Assembly (NCBI GenBank): GCA_964016885.1
Contig: OZ024742.1
Location: 172,298,001 to 172,362,000, forward strand
Source of the DNA: Eledone cirrhosa
Lineage: Eukaryota
Length of the DNA: 64,000 bases
Direction of reading: 5' to 3'
Shown here: positions 28,226 through 41,793 of the stretch, piece after piece
How positions within the stretch are numbered: the first letter of the stretch is position 1
How the letters are laid out: every line of letters starts with the position of its first letter
Notes under the pieces: model-generated
Databases searched by the model: none
What the model saw: the letters and a program-made list of their open reading frames with translations, nothing else
What the model was told of the DNA's origin: nothing
Program-made: the position numbers and the translations under genes

Positions 28226-31200
28226 CCTTGAATCTCAGTCATTGATGTTGGTTAACTGGAAAGTCCGTTGGATTGAATATCAAGCCACTACCTGCAGCCT
28301 CAGATATTCAGGACCTATCGGAGGGTTCTTGCCGTTCCAAGCAAGCATGCCTTTTGAAGCGTTCCAAAAAGCGTGAAGGGGCCGATTTTCTTTAACCATC
28401 CCTGGAAACCTTTGGAGATAGTCCCCAGTGCGCCTATGACAATCGGGATCACTTTGACTTCATGGCAGTTCCAAATCCTTTTCACCTCCCACTTTAGGTC
28501 CTGGTATCGGTTAATTTTCTCCCTCTCCTTCTCTTGCACTCTCGTGTCGAACGGGCAGGCCACATCCACAATCAGGCACGATCTTTTTTCTTTGTCCACA
28601 ACCACCAGGTCAGGTCTATTGTGTTCCAGTTTTTTGTCCGTCTGTATCCTAAAATCCCACAGCACCTTCACCTGACTGTTCTCCATCACCGCCTCTGGCC
28701 TATGCTCATACCATTTCTCAGAATGTGGTAGATTGTTTACTTTGCACAGGTGCCAGTGGATCACCCTGCCCATCACATCGTGTCTCCAGCCCTTATAGTG
28801 GGTCTGGGCTAGGTGTTTACACTCGGACACAATGTGAGCCACAGTCTCCTCTCTCTCTCCACAGATCCTGCACAGTGGGCTAGCCTCCTCCTTGTAGATA
28901 TGGTGCTTCAACCACTTCGTTTTGAGGGCCTGCTCCTGCGCAGCCATTAGCATTCCTTCTGTAGCCTTTTTGAGGTCTCCTCTTCTCAACCAGTTCCATG
29001 TCTGTGGATCTCTAAATTCAGTTTTCTCAAAGAAGGTACTATGAAGGGGTTTTCCCTTAAGGCTGCTCTTCCTCCTTGATGTTATTTCCTCCTTGGGTAT
29101 CCCCTGGCCTACTCTCCCCTCCTTCAGTACAGCTCTGAGCATTGGCTCCTTACTATAGGTCACGTATTTGTATAGGTTGTTTTTCTCCATCTGAACACAG
29201 TCCTCTATGCTGATAAGACCTCTTCCACCCTCAGATCTCCTTAGGTAGAGTCTATCGACATCACTCCTCTTGTGGAACATGTTGTAGATAGTCAATAGCT
29301 TCCTAGTCTTCCTATCCATTTCTTTTTGTTCAGCAACATTCCATCTCAGAATTCCCGCACTGTACCTAATAATAGACACAGCTCGGGAATTTACTGCGCT
29401 TATGGCATTTCTGCTGTTCAGATGTGACTTCAATACGCTCCTTACTCTCCGAATGTATTCAGTTCTTAACAATTCCTTCATTTTTTTGTTCTTTATGCCA
29501 TCAGCCTCCAGAACGCCCAAATACTTGTATCCTTCCTCAGAGTCAATTTCCTTTATCATCTCACCTGTTGGTATCTGGATCCCGTTACTTCTGCTCAACC
29601 TACCCCTCCTCATCACAATGACTCCACATTTACCAATACCAAACTGCATACATATATCACTGCTGAAAATACGGACAGTGTCAACAAGCACATCCAACTC
29701 CTTCTCACTTTTCCCGAAGAGCTTAAGATCGTCCATGAAGAGGAGGTGATTGATGGTAAGCTCTCCCCTTCCCAACTTGTATCCTGCTCTCACTTTTCGC
29801 AGCATAATGGTCAAGGGCATCAGGGCAAGGACAAACAACAGAGGGGACAGGCTATCTCCCTGGAAGATACCTCTCTTGATCTTCACGCTTCCCAAGGATA
29901 CTCCAGTTGATGTCAACTCTGTCTCCCAGGACCCCATACTCCTGCCCAGCAACTCTCTGATGTTATCTGCCACCCTGAAGATCTCCAGGCTTTTGGTGAT
30001 CCAGGAATGAGGCACCATGTCAAATGCCTTTCTGTAGTCTATCCATCCCATGGCAAGATCAGTGTGTCTCCTCCTGCAATTCCCCATTACCATCTTATCA
30101 ATAAGCAACTGGTCCTTTGTACCACGTGACTTCTTTCGGCATCCTTTCTGTTCGTCCGGCAACAAGTTGTTTGTGTGGAGGTGATGGTAGATTTCCTCAG
30201 ACACAATGCTCGTCAACAGTTTCCACATTACGGGCAGACATGTGATAGGTCTATAGTTGGTAACATCATTACCCTTGATTCGGTCTTTCATTATCAGAAC
30301 TGTGGTACCTTTTGTCAACCACTCTGGCACCTCACCCGACACCAAGCAGTCATTGAACATGGCCGTCAGCTTCGGGTGGAGGGATGTTAAATGTTTAATC
30401 CAATACCCCTGCACACCATCTGGGCCTGGTGATTTCCAGTTGGTTAGTTTTTTGGCTTGCCCCTTAAGAGTTTCAACTGTGATACTCAAATCAGTCTGTT
30501 GCTGTGCCTGCTCACCGATCTCCCTCTGTACTGTCTCAATCCACCCTGCCTGGGCATTGTGTCTAACATCCTGCTCCCATATTCCTCTCCAGAATGTTTT
30601 AGCTTGTTCCGCCCCAGGGATCAAGTCGGTGCCTCTTTCTTTCCCCTCAAGCTGTCCAAACAGCATCTTCTGGTTGTTGTCGAACATGCGGTTCTGTTTA
30701 TACTGACTGACTCTGTTCTCGTATCGCCTGATTTTGGCACTCTTTGCTACAATGCGTTGCTTCAATTCCTCTATGATAATATTTAGCTTTTTACTCCTAG
30801 TTTTGTATTTTATTTCCAGTCTATTTTTAGTGCCTATGTTTTTTAGTGTCCCATTCAGTAGTGACTCAAGCTTTCCTATGTCATTTCTCATTTCCCCGAT
30901 TTGCCCACTCAGTCGCTTCTTCCACCACGGCTCTGCTCTTTCTTGTCTGTTGTTTCCTCTCGCTTTTATACCAAGTAGTTTCCTCACCGTATTTGCTGTT
31001 GCTTTGAGGATATTGTTGCACTGGTGAAGACTCCTCGCCTCAAGGTATGGGATGACTTTGTTTACCTTAGCTGTTGTTTCTTTTAACTTTTTCCTGTCTA
31101 CAAATCTTAGGTTCATAGGTCTCCCACTATCATTGTTCAACTCATCTACCACTAAATTTAGGATGTCAACCGAATCTTGTCCTAGCCCGTCAGCATTCAT

Positions 31201-32734
31201 CTCCTCAGTGGCCGTATCTCTGTTCCAGGTATTATTTATCTCAGTATTCAGATCATTGTCTGCTTCGGGTGGTTCCTCCGCTCTCAGGACCTCCTCACCT
31301 TCATTTCCCGCCGGCTCGCTTGTCTGGCATACTACACCCGCCATCTCCAAGCCATTCTCTCTGCTCAGTTCCTCCAGTTCCAGCTCGCTTATCCACCCAT
31401 TAGTTCTTATTACCCGAGCCTGCCCGGCCAATTTTTGTTCATCTAATTTAAATAAACCAATCTCGTTCCAGATGTTATGCATCCGTCTCCTGTAGCCCCT
31501 CTCCTTGGGGTTACTTTTCAGGTAGCATTGCATAACAGTTCTATTCAATTCTTTCGTCCAGTTGGTTCTGGCCCCTTTCCTTCTTCTTCTTCCTCCAACA
31601 TCAGCAGTATTTCGTTGACAGTCAGGTTCCTGCTGCTGAGCCAGGGGGCACCTGTTGGGTGAGAGTCTGTCACATGACGTTCTAGTCTCCATTTCACCGT
31701 TATTCGAACTGTTTATGTTCGATATTTAAACACTCTTATCGAGGATTGGCGAATGTATGTTTACATAGCCATCTGTGGATCCGCCATCCCACTTGGCCCT
31801 TGTGTGGCATTATCACCACGCTGTATACGGACACACATAAACAAACAAACACACGGGCAGAAAGGGCCCCAAAAATGAATAAGCATAAGTTTCATTGTAA
31901 TGTAGTATTCGAATGTCTGACTTAGTTTTTGTTTTTTAAGTTTTACTTTTTCCCCCCTCTTCTCTGTCCGTCCGCCTGCCTCTCTCTTCATTCTTATTTT
32001 CTTTACGTTTTGGGGGTTTCTTTTTTTGTTTTTGTTTTTCTCTGTTTTTCTCGTTTTTTACTGTTGTTGCTGTGCTGCTTTTGTTGTTTATTTTTTCTTT
32101 TTTCTTTTGAGTCTATCTATATATTTTGATGCCTTCCTCTTTTTTAGCAGTAGGGATTCTATAATGTGGTGGCAGCAGCCAGCTAAAAGAAGAAGTGGGA
32201 GACTGGCGGCGGTAGCGATACTGAGACAGTGGTGGTGGTGATGTCGATACCGAGACAGTGGTGGCGGTGATGTGACCGTATTACTGTAGCGATGGTGCTG
32301 TAGCGGTGGCAGCAGTGAAGGAGTGAAGGGGTGGTGGCGGCGGTGATGGGATAATGGTTGTAATGATGGCCGTAGTGATCGGTGGTGGTTTAGTGTACAC
32401 AGGTGATAGGGTGGGTGGTGTATCTAGTTTCTGGTGTTGGTGAGTTTGGCTGTTCTATATAGTGTATACAGAGGAGGAGGGGGGGGGGGGTTCTTCTTCC
32501 ATTTATAGCCATTTTCTTTTTTGGATATACAGTGTACAATACAAAGTTGAATATTTGAATATTTGAGCCTTATAACAATATATTTTGGGTCCGAATTTTT
32601 TGGGGCTCAAGCCGGGTGCTTTACGTAGCATTTGTACTAAGAGTTGTTATTTCACAAATGGTTTAAATATGTTAAAAATTCAAAACTTACGGGAGCGATT
32701 TCATGACCTCCGTCACCTCGTGCGTCTTCTTCCC
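28226..32734 (-). mobile_element. Apparently full-length Dong/R4-clade non-LTR retrotransposon inserted in (TAA)n
   Basis: (TAA)n tracts at both ends (28176-28225 and 32735-32782); single long ORF; about 1 kb of 5' UTR. Confidence 0.85.
28315..31692 (-). CDS. R4/Dong-type ORF: reverse transcriptase + CCHC finger + restriction-like endonuclease
   Basis: 1125 aa; NYRPITCL, WIDYRKAFD, GIFQGDSLSPLLF, HLLFMDDLKL, YKYLG; CRIC..ETVAHIVSEC, RHD, RPDLVV..D..P..EKINRY. Confidence 0.95.
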   Translation of the reverse strand: METRTSCDRLSPNRCPLAQQQEPDCQRNTADVGGRRRRKGARTNWTKELNRTVMQCYLKSNPKERGYRRRMHNIWNEIGLFKLDEQKLAGQARVIRTNGWISELELEELSRENGLEMAGVVCQTSEPAGNEGEEVLRAEEPPEADNDLNTEINNTWNRDTATEEMNADGLGQDSVDILNLVVDELNNDSGRPMNLRFVDRKKLKETTAKVNKVIPYLEARSLHQCNNILKATANTVRKLLGIKARGNNRQERAEPWWKKRLSGQIGEMRNDIGKLESLLNGTLKNIGTKNRLEIKYKTRSKKLNIIIEELKQRIVAKSAKIRRYENRVSQYKQNRMFDNNQKMLFGQLEGKERGTDLIPGAEQAKTFWRGIWEQDVRHNAQAGWIETVQREIGEQAQQQTDLSITVETLKGQAKKLTNWKSPGPDGVQGYWIKHLTSLHPKLTAMFNDCLVSGEVPEWLTKGTTVLIMKDRIKGNDVTNYRPITCLPVMWKLLTSIVSEEIYHHLHTNNLLPDEQKGCRKKSRGTKDQLLIDKMVMGNCRRRHTDLAMGWIDYRKAFDMVPHSWITKSLEIFRVADNIRELLGRSMGSWETELTSTGVSLGSVKIKRGIFQGDSLSPLLFVLALMPLTIMLRKVRAGYKLGRGELTINHLLFMDDLKLFGKSEKELDVLVDTVRIFSSDICMQFGIGKCGVIVMRRGRLSRSNGIQIPTGEMIKEIDSEEGYKYLGVLEADGIKNKKMKELLRTEYIRRVRSVLKSHLNSRNAISAVNSRAVSIIRYSAGILRWNVAEQKEMDRKTRKLLTIYNMFHKRSDVDRLYLRRSEGGRGLISIEDCVQMEKNNLYKYVTYSKEPMLRAVLKEGRVGQGIPKEEITSRRKSSLKGKPLHSTFFEKTEFRDPQTWNWLRRGDLKKATEGMLMAAQEQALKTKWLKHHIYKEEASPLCRICGEREETVAHIVSECKHLAQTHYKGWRHDVMGRVIHWHLCKVNNLPHSEKWYEHRPEAVMENSQVKVLWDFRIQTDKKLEHNRPDLVVVDKEKRSCLIVDVACPFDTRVQEKEREKINRYQDLKWEVKRIWNCHEVKVIPIVIGALGTISKGFQGWLKKIGPFTLFGTLQKACLLGTARTLR

Positions 32735-32771
<37 letters not shown>

Positions 32772-32889
32772 TATTATTACTATTTTTTTTTTATTTTTTT
32801 TTTTTATTCCAATTCAATGATGTTCCAGAACAATATAAAAGAGATAATTGGCAATTTAGGTTCTGGAACGAAAAAGATCATTGGCAATA

Positions 32890-35800
32890 AGGGCAGGGGC
32901 CCCAGGTTATCACAGCCTGTGCCCGCTCGTCATCGTGCCATTGTAATAGAGCCAAACAAGGCATTTAGTCTTGGCTGCTGGAACGTATGGACGCTGCTTG
33001 ACAGGGATTCTTTGAGGCGTCCTGAACGAAGGACCGCTCTTGTTGCAAAGGAGCTTCGACGTTACGATCTTGACATCGTGGCTTTATCTGAGACGAGGCC
33101 AGCTGGAGATGGTCATCTTACGGAATTTTGTGGAGAATATACATTCTTCTGGAAAGGAAGAGATGAGGGAACCAGAAGAGAGGTTGGGGTAGGATTTGCT
33201 GTTAAGACTGTGCTTGTGAACAAATTAGAAGGATTCCGAGTAGGGATTAGTGACCGTCTTATGTCCATGAGAGTTCTGCTGGACAAGGGAAGATATGCTA
33301 CCCTGGTGAGTGTGTATGCTCCAACTATGAGTTGTGTCGATGAGGAAAAGGTGTCCTTTTAACATGCCTTGAAAGGTGTTTTAAGAAATATCCCTCAGGC
33401 AGACAAAGTCATCGTGCTTGGTGACTTTAATGCTAGAGTGGGTAGGGATTTTAACACATGGAATGTAATCGGAAGGCATGGGGTGGGAAAGTGTAACAGC
33501 AATGGTATGTTCCTGCTGCAGATATGTGAGGACCTGGATCTGTGTGTTACCAACACCATGTTCCAACAAAAGAACAAATTCAAAACCACATGGATGCATC
33601 CTGCATCTAAGGAATGGCATCTTTTGGACTACGTCCTAGTCAGGATGCGTGACAGACAGGATGTGCAGTGTGTTCGTGTTCTTCGTGGAGCTGATGAGTG
33701 CTGGACGGACCACCGCCTGGTACGCGCAAAAGTGAAACTAATCACTAAACGTAAAATCCGGGCTCCTGGTGTTGCCCTGCCCAAAAGATTGAATGCTGCT
33801 CATCTTGAGGATAAAAATGTGAAGAGGACATTGGAAGAAGAGATGCAGGCTGCATATCTTGGTGAGGACTGGCCGACCCTTAAAACGTCTGTTTATGATG
33901 TAGGCAGGCGTGTTCTGGGATTGGCGCAGAGGAAACATCAGGACTGGTTTGATGAGAATGATGTACATATAGAAGACTTGTTGGCTAATAAGAGGCGTGA
34001 TCTGTCAGGCTACTTGACGGCAAAACCACAGGAGAGGAATACGTTGCATGAGGAACTCAGGGATGTAAAATCACCTGTTAGGCGGAGTCTTTCTCAAATG
34101 AAGGATCAGTGGTGGAGTGAGAAGGCTGGTGAGATACAAACTGCGTCTGATTCCAATAACACAAAGCTGTTGTACAGTCTCTTGCGTGAGGTTTATGGAC
34201 CGTCTTCTTCTCTGGTGACACCGCTTCGGAACATGGATGGCAAAGAACTTCTTCGTGACTCACAAGGAATTCTACGAAGGTGGCGAGAGCACTTTGATGA
34301 TCTTTTGAATCAGCCGTCTGTCGTCAGTGAAGATTTCCTCAATCTCATTCCAGAAAGTCCTGTGAAATAGCTCTCGCAGAACCTCCGACGCTTGTAGAGG
34401 TTGCAGTGGCTATTTCGAAGCTGAACAGTGGAAGATCTCCAGGTATGGATGGCATACATGCTGAGCTCCTACAATATGGTGGTGAGAGACTCCTGCAACA
34501 TCTTCACTCTTTGTTTGGCAGGATATGGGCTAATGAATCCGTACCTGAGGACTGGAGAGATGCAGTAATGGTGGTCTTGTACAAGGGAAAGGGTAACATG
34601 AACGATTGTGGGAACTACAGAGGTATATCATTGCTTTCTGTCGTAGGGAAAGTTTTATGTAGGGTGCTTCTGGACCGTCTGCTGACACACATTGCAGATT
34701 GTGTTCTTCCTGAAAGTCAATCTGGTTTTCGTGCTGGACGCGGCACTACTGATATGATCTGCTCAGCTAGACAGCTCCAGGAGAAGTGCATGGAACAAGG
34801 CTTGGATCTGTATCAGGTTTTTATCGATCTGACAAAAGCTTTCGATACTGTTAACAGAGATGCATTATGGCAGGTTCTCCAGAAACTGGGTTGCCCTGAT
34901 AAGTTCCTTGCTCTAGTTACGTCTTTCCATGACGATATGAAGGCTTGGGTTAATGTCGGGGGTAACATGTCGGAGCCTTTCTCAATAAAAAATGGAGTGA
35001 AACAGGGGGATATTCCAGCACCGACCCTGTTTGCCAAATACTTTGCAATGGTTTTCTGTATTGCATTCAGGAATTGCGAGCATGGTGTTTACATCCGATA
35101 TCGAAACTCAGGCAGCATATTTAACATCAGGCGCTTTGCTACGCAGACAAAAGTATTTACATCAATCATAAGAGAGCTCTTGTATGCAGATGATTGCGAT
35201 CTTGTAGCGCACACAGAGAGTGATATGCAGCACATTTTGAATGCATATCTGACGCTTGCACTGCCCTAGGTCTGACTGTCAGTCTCAAGAATACCGTCGT
35301 CATGTACCAACCTGCCCCTAGTAAGCAGTACACTGAACCAAACATCTATGTGTATGGCAAACGACTTGGAGTGGTTGATCAGTTTGTCTACCTGGGAAGC
35401 ACTGTCAATCGATACAGCAACCTTGACAGTGAAATCTCACTTAGGATTAGGAAAGCAAGTGATGCTTTCGGAAAGCTAGAAAGGCGACTCTGGGGTCGGG
35501 GAGACATATGCAGGAGGACAAAGGTAAAGGTGTACAGAGTATGTGTGCTCTCTTGTCTTCTTTATGCCTGCGAGACCAGAGTCACATATCGACACCACCT
35601 TAAGCAATTGGAGCGTTTCCATCAGATGTGTCTCAGACGGATCCATGGCATTCACTGGAGGGACCACATCAGTGATGTCGAGATTTTGGAAAGCTCTATG
35701 TGTGACAGTATAGAAGCTCTTGTGCTTAAACAACGACTCCGTTGGAGTGGTCACCTTGACAGGATGAAGGATTCTAGAATACCAAAACAACTCTTTTATG

Positions 35801-36365
35801 GAGTGTTGGTTAAAGGAAAACGACCGCCACATAAACCAAAAAAAAAAGGTATACGGATTCCTTGAAAGCCTCTCTGAAAGACGCTAGCATCTCTGCTGAT
35901 ACGTGGGAGAATATTGCTGCTGATCGTAATAAATGGAGAAAGACTGTATATGAGGGAAAAGTTGCCTTTGAGGCATCTCGAATTGCATACGAGAAAGTAA
36001 AGCGGGATGTGAGGGAGGGCATTGCTGTTGCACTTCCAGACGGCGAGGGTCGTCCTATGGTGGTGACATGCAGCGAATGTGTGAGACTCTGCCTAAGCAA
36101 AGCTGGACTCGAAAGTCATCTTCGCAGTCATAAAGTAAGACCAGTGGTTGACTACCAGGCTGCTGTTGGAGATGCTACTCATCATGCTTGCCAAACATGT
36201 GGTAGGGAATGTAAATCAGCAGGAGGGCTCAAGCGACATGCAAAAGTACACGAACTCCAACCACAGCCGACTATTCCCAGTGAATGTTTTGGTTGCCGAC
36301 TCTGTGCAAGACATTTTAGATCATTGGCTGAGCTAAAAAGCCACATTCGATCGCAGCTCTGTTAG
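32890..36365 (+). pseudogene. RTE-clade LINE ORF (APE endonuclease + RT + three C2H2 fingers), disrupted
   Basis: CWNV..L, ALSETR, GDFNARVG, LDYVLV, TDHRLV; NYRGISLL, FIDLTKAFDTV, GVKQG, LLYADD; stops at 33360 and 34368; frameshifts near 35250 and 35850. Confidence 0.93.
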
Positions 36366-36645
36366 TTGATATCGTGTGTGTGTGTAGATATGCTTATGTG
36401 TGTGCGTGTGTGTGTATATATATATGTATATGTATATTATTATTGTTGTTGTCGTTATTATTATTGTTGTTATTATCATTATTATTATTATTGTTATTAA
36501 TGTATGTGTGTGTGTATATGTGTGTGTGAGTGTGTGTGTGTGCGTATATGTGTATGTATATGTATATATATATATATATTTCTTCTTTTTTTTCTTTTTT
36601 TTCTTTTTATTTATTTATTATTATTATTTTTTTCTTTCTTTCTCC

Positions 36646-36752
36646 TCGTGCAATGGCCATACTCGATAACGAGGGGGCAGCCATCATGCATGTATGTATG
36701 TATGTATGTATGTATGTATGTATGTATGTATGTATGCATGTATGTATGTATG
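36646..36752 (+). mobile_element. RTE 3' end with (ATGT)n tail
   Basis: tcgtgcaatggccatactcgataacgagggggcagccatc(atgt)n; same motif at 17338 and on the minus strand at 49636. Confidence 0.8.
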
Positions 36753-36984
36753 TGTGGTTTTGTAATTTCACAAATTTTTGCCAATAGAGAGAGAGTCGGT
36801 TTCTACCATGGTTACAAGACTCTCTCATTAGAATTTACACAACATCAACCAGGTAGATATGTATGCATGTCTGCATACATGCATGTGTAGGTATGGATGT
36901 TATTGTATGTGTGGATATGTATGTTTTGAGTTGTATGTGTGCATGTGTGTATGCTTTGCATTTGTACATGTGTATATGCAGTTA

Positions 36985-38715
36985 TTAGATGCAGCATTTT
37001 TGGATTGTTTTACATATTTTTACTGTTCCATTAATAGATTGTACTTGTAATTTCCTAACTAGTTGTGTTCTTTCCGTTCCTGTGAAGCCCAGCTTCTCAA
37101 AATTTGTATTGAGGCAGTTTCTAACATATACCAGTGCCCCAATAATCACATGCATACATCTGAAGGTATAATCAGAGTGGAGTGTATGCAGATTTCTCAT
37201 CAGTTCAGCATAAATTTTCTTCTTTTCGCTAATCTTTGATATTATATTGGCATCTGCTGGGCAGTTAACTTCCACTACTGTGCATGCCTTCTTTTTCATG
37301 TCCCATATCATAACATCTGGTCTGTTATGCCTGCATTTTATTGAGGTTTTTACTGGAACATTCCACCAGTACTCTTTCATATTATGTATATATGTATGTC
37401 TTCCACATTGCTGTAGCTTTTAATGTGTTTATAATCGGGGCTATCTTTTCTACGGATTGCATAGTTCAGAGTGTTTGCCACTACATCATGCCTCATATGT
37501 AGATAGTACCGCGATGATATCTTCGGACAGCTGCTGATGACATGGGTGACATCTTCGATGTTAATTGTGCAGAGTCTGCACTTGTTACCACATCTAGGTG
37601 TTTGGCTGCATCACTATCTCTTTTGTTAATCAGGTATTTCGTGTTGATTTCCTATTCTTGGATTGCAAAAGCGTATCCTTCAAAGTGGGAGTCAATATAG
37701 CGGTTGTTGGTCCAAGATAGACTACTTTCATTATCTATATTACCCTCCTGGCAACATATCCATGCACGATCTTTTGCTGATAAGCATGCAGTTTTTCATC
37801 CATGGATTCACTGCGATACTTCTGAACGACATCCCTGGGTGTGAGTTTTTGATTATCTCTCAATGGGTTCCTTCCAAACTCTCATGATCTTATCTGTTTC
37901 ATGCAGATAGACTTGCTCGAGAGACGGGCTCCTACGCTTCGAGGTTCGTAGATGCTGTTGGAGAGATATGATGCGACATTCAAATGCTGCCTGGACTGAT
38001 GTTAGGCCTCTGCCTCCCTGATTACGTTTCTAGTAAAGGCGGTCTATGTCACTGTTGATGTGGAAGTTTTAAGTGTTGTTTAGTACTTTTCGAGTTCTAA
38101 CTTCAACTGCTCTGATTTCGTCTATCGTCCAGTTGAGTATTCCAAACGTTGGTGTTAGGACAGGCACAGCAAACAAATTGTGAGCCACTGTCTTGTTTTG
38201 CGCAGAGATCCGATGACCATATCTTTGTTAATCCGGTGTAGTATTCCCTGGTTATGAGTTCCTTATTACAGATACCATTTAGTATATGTGCTTATCTATC
38301 CCCAGGTATCTGTAGCAGTCCTCATCAGATATCGGTGAAACAGTTAGGCCATTGATGACAATGTTGCTAGATTTGATTTTTGTTTTTCCCCGCTTTACAG
38401 TCATATATTACCATTTATCTTGGCCAAACTCCATTCCTATATCCTCTGAGAATGTTGTAACCAGTTCAAGATTTTTCTTCTCCCCCATATTGGCATAGAG
38501 TTTCAGATCATTCACAAATAAATTATGGGTTAGATTCGTATTTCTGTCCTGTGAGCCAATGATGTATCCTTCACAGAAAGGACAAGGGGTTTAACGACAG
38601 GATAAAAAATATCACAGAGAGACTGTCTCCCTGAAATAGACACCTGCGATATTTTATTTTATCAGTGAAAATAGGGTCCTCCTTTTCTGTCTTTAACTTT
38701 AGGATAGTAGCCCAA
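36985..38715 (-). pseudogene. Degraded, 5'-truncated R4-like (RLE) LINE
   Basis: HNYFVNDLKLY, YRYLG, DIDRLY..GGRGL, CRLC..EDVTHVISSC..RHD, WWN..HNRPDVMIWD..VEV.CP..IIGALV. Confidence 0.85.
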
Positions 38716-39115
38716 TGTATGTATGTGTGTATGTATACTAGGGAGAGGATCAGGGGTGTATATGTGTGTATGTATGTAGAAAAGTAAACATTTTAATCGA
38801 TATATAACATTGAACTCACTGTACGATAATAGTAGGAGTTGTGAGTTGTGTCACAACTCTCAAAACATGATGGTGTAGGACATAAGAAAGGAGAGATCGA
38901 AAATAATATCCAGTCACTGAGAAGGACACAGATTGTGTGACAAAAGAGCTTCCGACAGGAAATTCACAATAAATTGAAGTGAATACTAACAGGCGCGTGT
39001 GTTTATAGTGTTTATATTGGCAGCATGACCCTCCCAAAGTATAACAATATATGTTTCACCACACGTTTTCAGATTAGAAATATTGCAAAATAAATTCAAA
39101 AACGATATATATATA

Positions 39116-39162
<47 letters not shown>

Positions 39163-41299
39163 ACAGAATCTGTGTATATATGTACAAAACGGAGTTTACA
39201 CATATGTATACGATATTCACGTATGTACATAGACATAGAATTGTAGTGGCGTAGCTCTAGATGTAACCCAGATGGATAACACCATATCAAATAAATGACT
39301 TCTAAAACAATTCCCATCCAACACAAAGATATTGTGAGGAAAATCTTGTAAAGAGAATTTGCGTGGAATGTTGTTGAACGAATCACATATGTTCCTGTAA
39401 AATAAACTTAATTCGTTAATTTATGACTTAGTGGATTATATATTTGACTTGAATTCATAATTTCGTGGTTTAGATTCCTTAATTTTGCGGCATGTTGTGT
39501 TCATGCTCCAAAACACTTTATTTCCAGTTGTTCCAGGCAACTGAGCTGAAATTGAATACCAGCAGGCGATTTTCTCTATAATCGATTAGTGTCCTATTCG
39601 CGAGAGAGCACTCTAGTCTCCTCATCTTAAAACCACTAAAACTGAGATAACCACCGTTGTAATGACGTTCCAGGTATTCGATATATTTTACCTAAATTTA
39701 CTTCACTACCTTAACCTTGTAAGCAATCTAAGTCTTTGATTTCGAAACAATCACCGGCCACCACTTTAGTAATTTCTGAAGCGTCGTCTTTATCATCCTT
39801 TAACCCATCAGATACACTGGCCTTGGTAATTCATAATCGCAACATTTCTTTTGTGTTTGCCACAACATATGGCTATGTTTGTAACAAACCAATGAAGGAA
39901 ACTCTACTTGGTCACATATCCTGGAGGAAATAACAGCCAGATCACCTTATAATCACACACTACATTAATAAAAATAAATAGTACTTTGTATATGAATGTC
40001 AGAAGCACAAAATGAGAGAAATAGATTTAGGAATAATTACAGCTGAAGAAGCCTTGATTCCACACCATCTGCTCGATGGACGGGTGGCATCAATAACAAC
40101 ACAATGACCGACACTATACCCGCATAAATCAACAGAGTTCTCACAACTATTAATGAAAACACACACGTGTCATCAAGGGGGAACGATACGAGAAAATTAT
40201 AGTTACTTAACAAAAAGCAACCATATATTATTCAAATCAAAACTAACTACGTTTTCTTTTAATGAAAAAAATCACATATTGTAGTCCCAGAATCAAAATG
40301 TTGTCCAGCTTGCAGATAAGTTCCGTTTTGCCAGACACCAATCTTGGAGGCATCAAAAAGGGACAATGACACTTCATTATTAAAGCAGTAAGAATAAATG
40401 GCTTAAAGAATTTAGGTTGGAAAGAAGGCTTAGTCTATCTTATAAAGCGAAAAAAGTTTTTAAAAAAATAGCGAAAACAGTATGTATTGAATTTAAATAC
40501 TAAAGCAAACACTCCAATTGTTTATTCTGATTTGTTCGTGAAATATTGATTGCTTAAGAACAGGAAACTGGCGGAGAACTCTGAGATTTTACAGCAAACA
40601 TAATACGATGAGAAAAACAGTTGTAATAACTATTTAAAATATAGATGAGCTTTACAATCTTAATCAATGAACTTAGTGAAACATGTCCAGACATTCTTAC
40701 TTGTTTGCAAACATCTCTACGTATATATCTTTCCTTCATTTCCTATTATTTTTTTCTTCATTTCGGCCATAGTACTTATTTTTTACGTTTGTTATTGCTT
40801 ATTATTTTTTCCAACTGAATTTTTTTCTTCCGGATTCTCTGTTACAGAAAAAGTAGTCTCATGTATAGTTCGATTTTTTTAACAATGATGTGATTTATAT
40901 ATGTTTCTTATTAGTTTCAGTTGCTTGCTTGCTTTTTTTTCCATTACATTTACTAGATCTTTGGTAGTTAGCAAGTTATAAGTTTAAAATAATTTAACAT
41001 TATACATAAATTCTGTAAAATCTTGTAGACATAAAAAAACAAAAAGCAAAAAAAACAAAAAAAAACAGGGGACAACAAAAGCATGAAAGTTATTAGGAAG
41101 AGCTCGCTGAAATGTCAAAGAAACCGTTATTTATTCTTCCGAGAATGAATTATATTTTGCCTCAATTTGCTGGAGGTGATGCCAACATGCTTAGATATAT
41201 CAGCTTGTCTTGAGGCATACATAATATCATTACAAATTTGGTCTTCTAGTGCAATACAGGAATAAGACGTCTATAAATTAGATCAACACACACATGCAA

Positions 41300-41416
<117 letters not shown>

Positions 41417-41707
41417 TATTTATATATATATATATATATATTAGAATATGACGGGAATTCCTTGGTTCAGTAAGTTAAATTTGAAAAAGGGCAAGATTGA
41501 TTTCATTTGAGGTTGATGTTCTTTAATAATTCAAATGTTTAGAGTAAGTGGTTATTAATATTAATTGTAGCATGTCCTTGGTACCTTCTTTGCAAAACTG
41601 TCACGCATTTGTTGCGATTTACAAACTAGACTGTCGTGCTATGTTGAAGATGTATACATACATATACATACATGCATACATACATACATATATGGATATA
41701 TATATAT

Positions 41708-41792
<85 letters not shown>

Positions 41793-41793
<1 letters not shown>

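Noticed and set aside
28373-31662. Plus-strand ORFs over the Dong element
   Set aside because: Antisense shadows of the long RT ORF
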